DNA of 64,000 nucleotides from an uncultured delta proteobacterium (GTDB lineage Bacteria; Desulfobacterota; Desulfomonilia; Desulfomonilales; Desulfomonilaceae): the NCBI GenBank assembly GCA_963789265.1, contig CAWBKB010000001.1, forward strand, positions 896,001-960,000. The letters run 5' to 3'. Positions 61,590 to 64,000 of the stretch are shown here, piece after piece. The position numbers were made by a program, and so were the translations under genes. How positions within the stretch are numbered: position 1 is the first letter of the stretch; each line of letters begins with the position of its first letter. The notes under the pieces were generated by a model. The model searched no databases, was not told the DNA's origin, and saw only the letters and a program-made list of their open reading frames with translations.

Positions 61590-63845
61590 TCATGCAGGCA
61601 GCTTGACGGCGGATTCTTGTTGGTTCAAGGGAAGCCATACCGTGAACGTGGTTCCGCTCTCGTCTGAATGAACCGATATCGATCCATTGTGGGCCTCAAT
61701 AATTTTCTTGGATACTGTTAAGCCTATTCCGGTACCGTAATTTTTGGTCGTAAAGAACGGGCTAAAGATTCTCTGTACATCTTCCGCTTTGATCACGGAG
61801 CCATGATTCCGGACCTTGAATTCAAAGTAACTTTCTGCTTCCAGTGCAGCGGCTTCGCGCGCCTTACTGCCGGGCCTTGAAATCCCTGTTTCTACGTGTA
61901 GTGTTTCTCCACATGGTGATGCATCCATTGCATTAGAAATGAGATTACGTACCACCTGCTCGAAGCGGTCCGGATCCAAGAAAACCTCACCAACCTCGCT
62001 GCGGAGAGTAACAGCCAGTTTAAGACTCTTTTCCTCAATTACTTCCTTATAGAGTTCCAGGACCTTTTCAACAATGCGGGCAGGGTCGGCCATCTCCTTG
62101 GTTATGGTCTCACGCCTCGTGTAATCGATCAAAGCGTTGAGTATCTTTTCCAACCTTTGGATTTCGGAGCTTATTATCCGGACCGCGTGCCCTTTGCCTG
62201 CATCGCTGCTAATGTCGCACGAATCCAGTTGCCTGGCTATTCGCCGAGCAAAACCACCGATTATTGTCAGCGGCTGTCGGAGTTCATGCGCCACCTCGGC
62301 CGTGTGCTCTGCAATGGCTCGTGCTTTTCTTGATTCTACAATGTGGGCGTAGAGATCGTCGATTATTCGTATTTTTTCCAGCAACTGTTCCCGAGACTCC
62401 CGCAATTGCTCCTGCAACCTTCTTCTCCGGGTAATATCCCTCATGACCCCTTCGTAATGGATGTTGCCATTCCCGTCATGACCAAGCGTCTTGCACCGAA
62501 TTCGAGCGAATTTCTTTTCCCCATCCGCGTCCAGTAGTCTTATTTCCTCATCCCATATAGAATCCTGAGCCAATCGGGAGATAGACTCAATTTTTCCTCT
62601 CTCCTGGGGTACCACGTAGGATTCAAGCGGAGTGTCCAGAATTTCCCGTAGGGGCCGCCTCAGAAATTCCTCCGCCGGAGTATTAAGGTACGTGAATCGT
62701 CCCTTATCATCAAGAATGAAGATAACATCCGGGACCTCTTCCACAAGCGTGTGGAAAAGTTGTTCTGAAGTCCGCAACATTTCTTCTATCCGCGTGCGTT
62801 CGTTAATTTCCCGTTTCAAGTCTTCATTCAAGTGGAGAAGCTCCGCTGTCCGCTCCGCCACGCGTGACTCCAATTCCTCGTAGGCTCTTTTCAATTTCTC
62901 ATTTTTCTGCTGACGTTCGGTAATGTCCCGGATGATGGCGGTAAAGAACACACCTTGTTGTGTCTTCGAAGCTGAAATGGAGACTTCTGCCGGGAATTCC
63001 GTGCCGTCTTTTCTAAGGCCGACTACTTCACGCACTCGTTTGGAATAATATAAGCTGCCGGACGCAATTGCCCTTTGCATCGCGCGTTCGTGTAAGGCAC
63101 GGAAGCGTTCGGGCATTAAGATGGTTACAGGACGATTCAAAACTTCTTCGACTGTATAGCCGAAGGTGCTAGCGGCCGCCGTGTTCCACCATGTAACGTT
63201 GCCAAGGTCGTCGGCGCCGATAATGGGATCGTTAGCCGTCTCCAGGACGGATAGAAGTCGTTCGTTACTTTCAAGCAGGGCCTTTTCCGCTTGCTTTGCT
63301 TGGGCAACCTTCCTAAGGAGAATGCTGTTGACCTCTCTCAGTCTGCCGATCCCCCGATCCCGGCGTTCCTCCTCGTCCAATGTGCGCTGGGTGATATCCT
63401 CAATTATGTGCAGCCTGTAGGAAGTTTGGCCTCGTTCGTCCCGAATGGGGGAAGCCGTAAGATTGATCCATAAGATCCTTCCGTCTTTCTTTATGTAGCG
63501 CATTTCCGCCGTATAGTGAGGAATTTCACCTCTGAACAGGCCGTTGGAGCGCTCAATATCCCTCTCAATGTCACTCGGGTGGACGATTCCGAAAAAGGTG
63601 AGTTTGGTGAGTTCGGCTTCCGTGAAACCCAACATTCGGCAAAGGCTGGGATTGGCGGCAACGATCCGGTGATCCCGGCGCACGACGGCAACGCCGAAAG
63701 GGGTGGCATTAAACAATCGACGGAAAGCTTCCACCTGCAACTCATTTTGAAGATCGGCCGCCGAGGCTTCGTTCCGGGCAGCACTATCGGCTCGGTCAGT
63801 CGACCGGGCATACTGCTTATATTGCATCTCGTCTAGCTCTTCCAT
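61590..63845 (-). CDS. Cytoplasmic multi-PAS sensor histidine kinase
   Basis: Three PAS domains; AHELRQPL H-box; NLISNA, FFTTK, GTGIGL. Confidence 0.92.
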   Translation of the reverse strand: MEELDEMQYKQYARSTDRADSAARNEASAADLQNELQVEAFRRLFNATPFGVAVVRRDHRIVAANPSLCRMLGFTEAELTKLTFFGIVHPSDIERDIERSNGLFRGEIPHYTAEMRYIKKDGRILWINLTASPIRDERGQTSYRLHIIEDITQRTLDEEERRDRGIGRLREVNSILLRKVAQAKQAEKALLESNERLLSVLETANDPIIGADDLGNVTWWNTAAASTFGYTVEEVLNRPVTILMPERFRALHERAMQRAIASGSLYYSKRVREVVGLRKDGTEFPAEVSISASKTQQGVFFTAIIRDITERQQKNEKLKRAYEELESRVAERTAELLHLNEDLKREINERTRIEEMLRTSEQLFHTLVEEVPDVIFILDDKGRFTYLNTPAEEFLRRPLREILDTPLESYVVPQERGKIESISRLAQDSIWDEEIRLLDADGEKKFARIRCKTLGHDGNGNIHYEGVMRDITRRRRLQEQLRESREQLLEKIRIIDDLYAHIVESRKARAIAEHTAEVAHELRQPLTIIGGFARRIARQLDSCDISSDAGKGHAVRIISSEIQRLEKILNALIDYTRRETITKEMADPARIVEKVLELYKEVIEEKSLKLAVTLRSEVGEVFLDPDRFEQVVRNLISNAMDASPCGETLHVETGISRPGSKAREAAALEAESYFEFKVRNHGSVIKAEDVQRIFSPFFTTKNYGTGIGLTVSKKIIEAHNGSISVHSDESGTTFTVWLPLNQQESAVKLPA

Positions 63846-63860
63846 ATAGAGCCTCCTGTA

Positions 63861-64000
63861 TCATCCGTGTTCGGCCATGAGCTGAGGAGATTTGAGATGA
63901 CGCACAAACCACTGCCGAGCAAGGATTGCTACCTTGTCCAGAGCACCCGGTTCCTCGAATAGATGAGTGGCCCCGTGTACGATTCGAGCTTCTTCTCAGC
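63861..64000 (-). CDS. C-terminus of a dienelactone-hydrolase-like alpha/beta hydrolase (partial; -1 indel near 63983)
   Basis: Hand translation EKKL(E)IVHGATHLFEEPGALDKVAILARQWF...HG*. Confidence 0.7.

Overview
A gene-dense 64-kb bacterial window. Gene content and repeat style suggest an anaerobic deltaproteobacterium, possibly Desulfomonile-like (inference only). Metabolic genes include an acyl-CoA dehydrogenase with a FadF-like membrane Fe-S oxidoreductase, two acyl-CoA ligases, a three-subunit xanthine-dehydrogenase-family molybdoenzyme and a DAHP synthase-prephenate dehydratase fusion. Stress genes include a superoxide reductase, a qNOR, an Hsp20 and a CMD-family protein. There is a cecR-ybhGFSR efflux operon and two small defence/TA islands: a TIR protein with stacked TA remnants, and a single-chain R-M enzyme with an RxxxxH protein. 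Signals the ORF track misses or splits: (i) two probable selenoproteins with in-frame UGA in UxxC motifs and SECIS-like hairpins; (ii) a 35-aa Phe-rich leader peptide with a five-segment attenuator upstream of aroF-pheA; (iii) a candidate ~75-nt sRNA with an anti-Shine-Dalgarno loop; (iv) several MITE families with terminal inverted repeats and exact target-site duplications, one nested in another. The most unusual proteins are a receiver-degenerate AAA+-LpxC fusion and a secreted FecR-domain protein with more than 45 Thr-x-x triads, encoded next to GT2 and TMTC-like GT-C glycosyltransferases (candidate protein O-glycosylation system). Six single-base frameshifts look like assembly errors. No rRNA, tRNA, CRISPR array or transposase gene was recognised.
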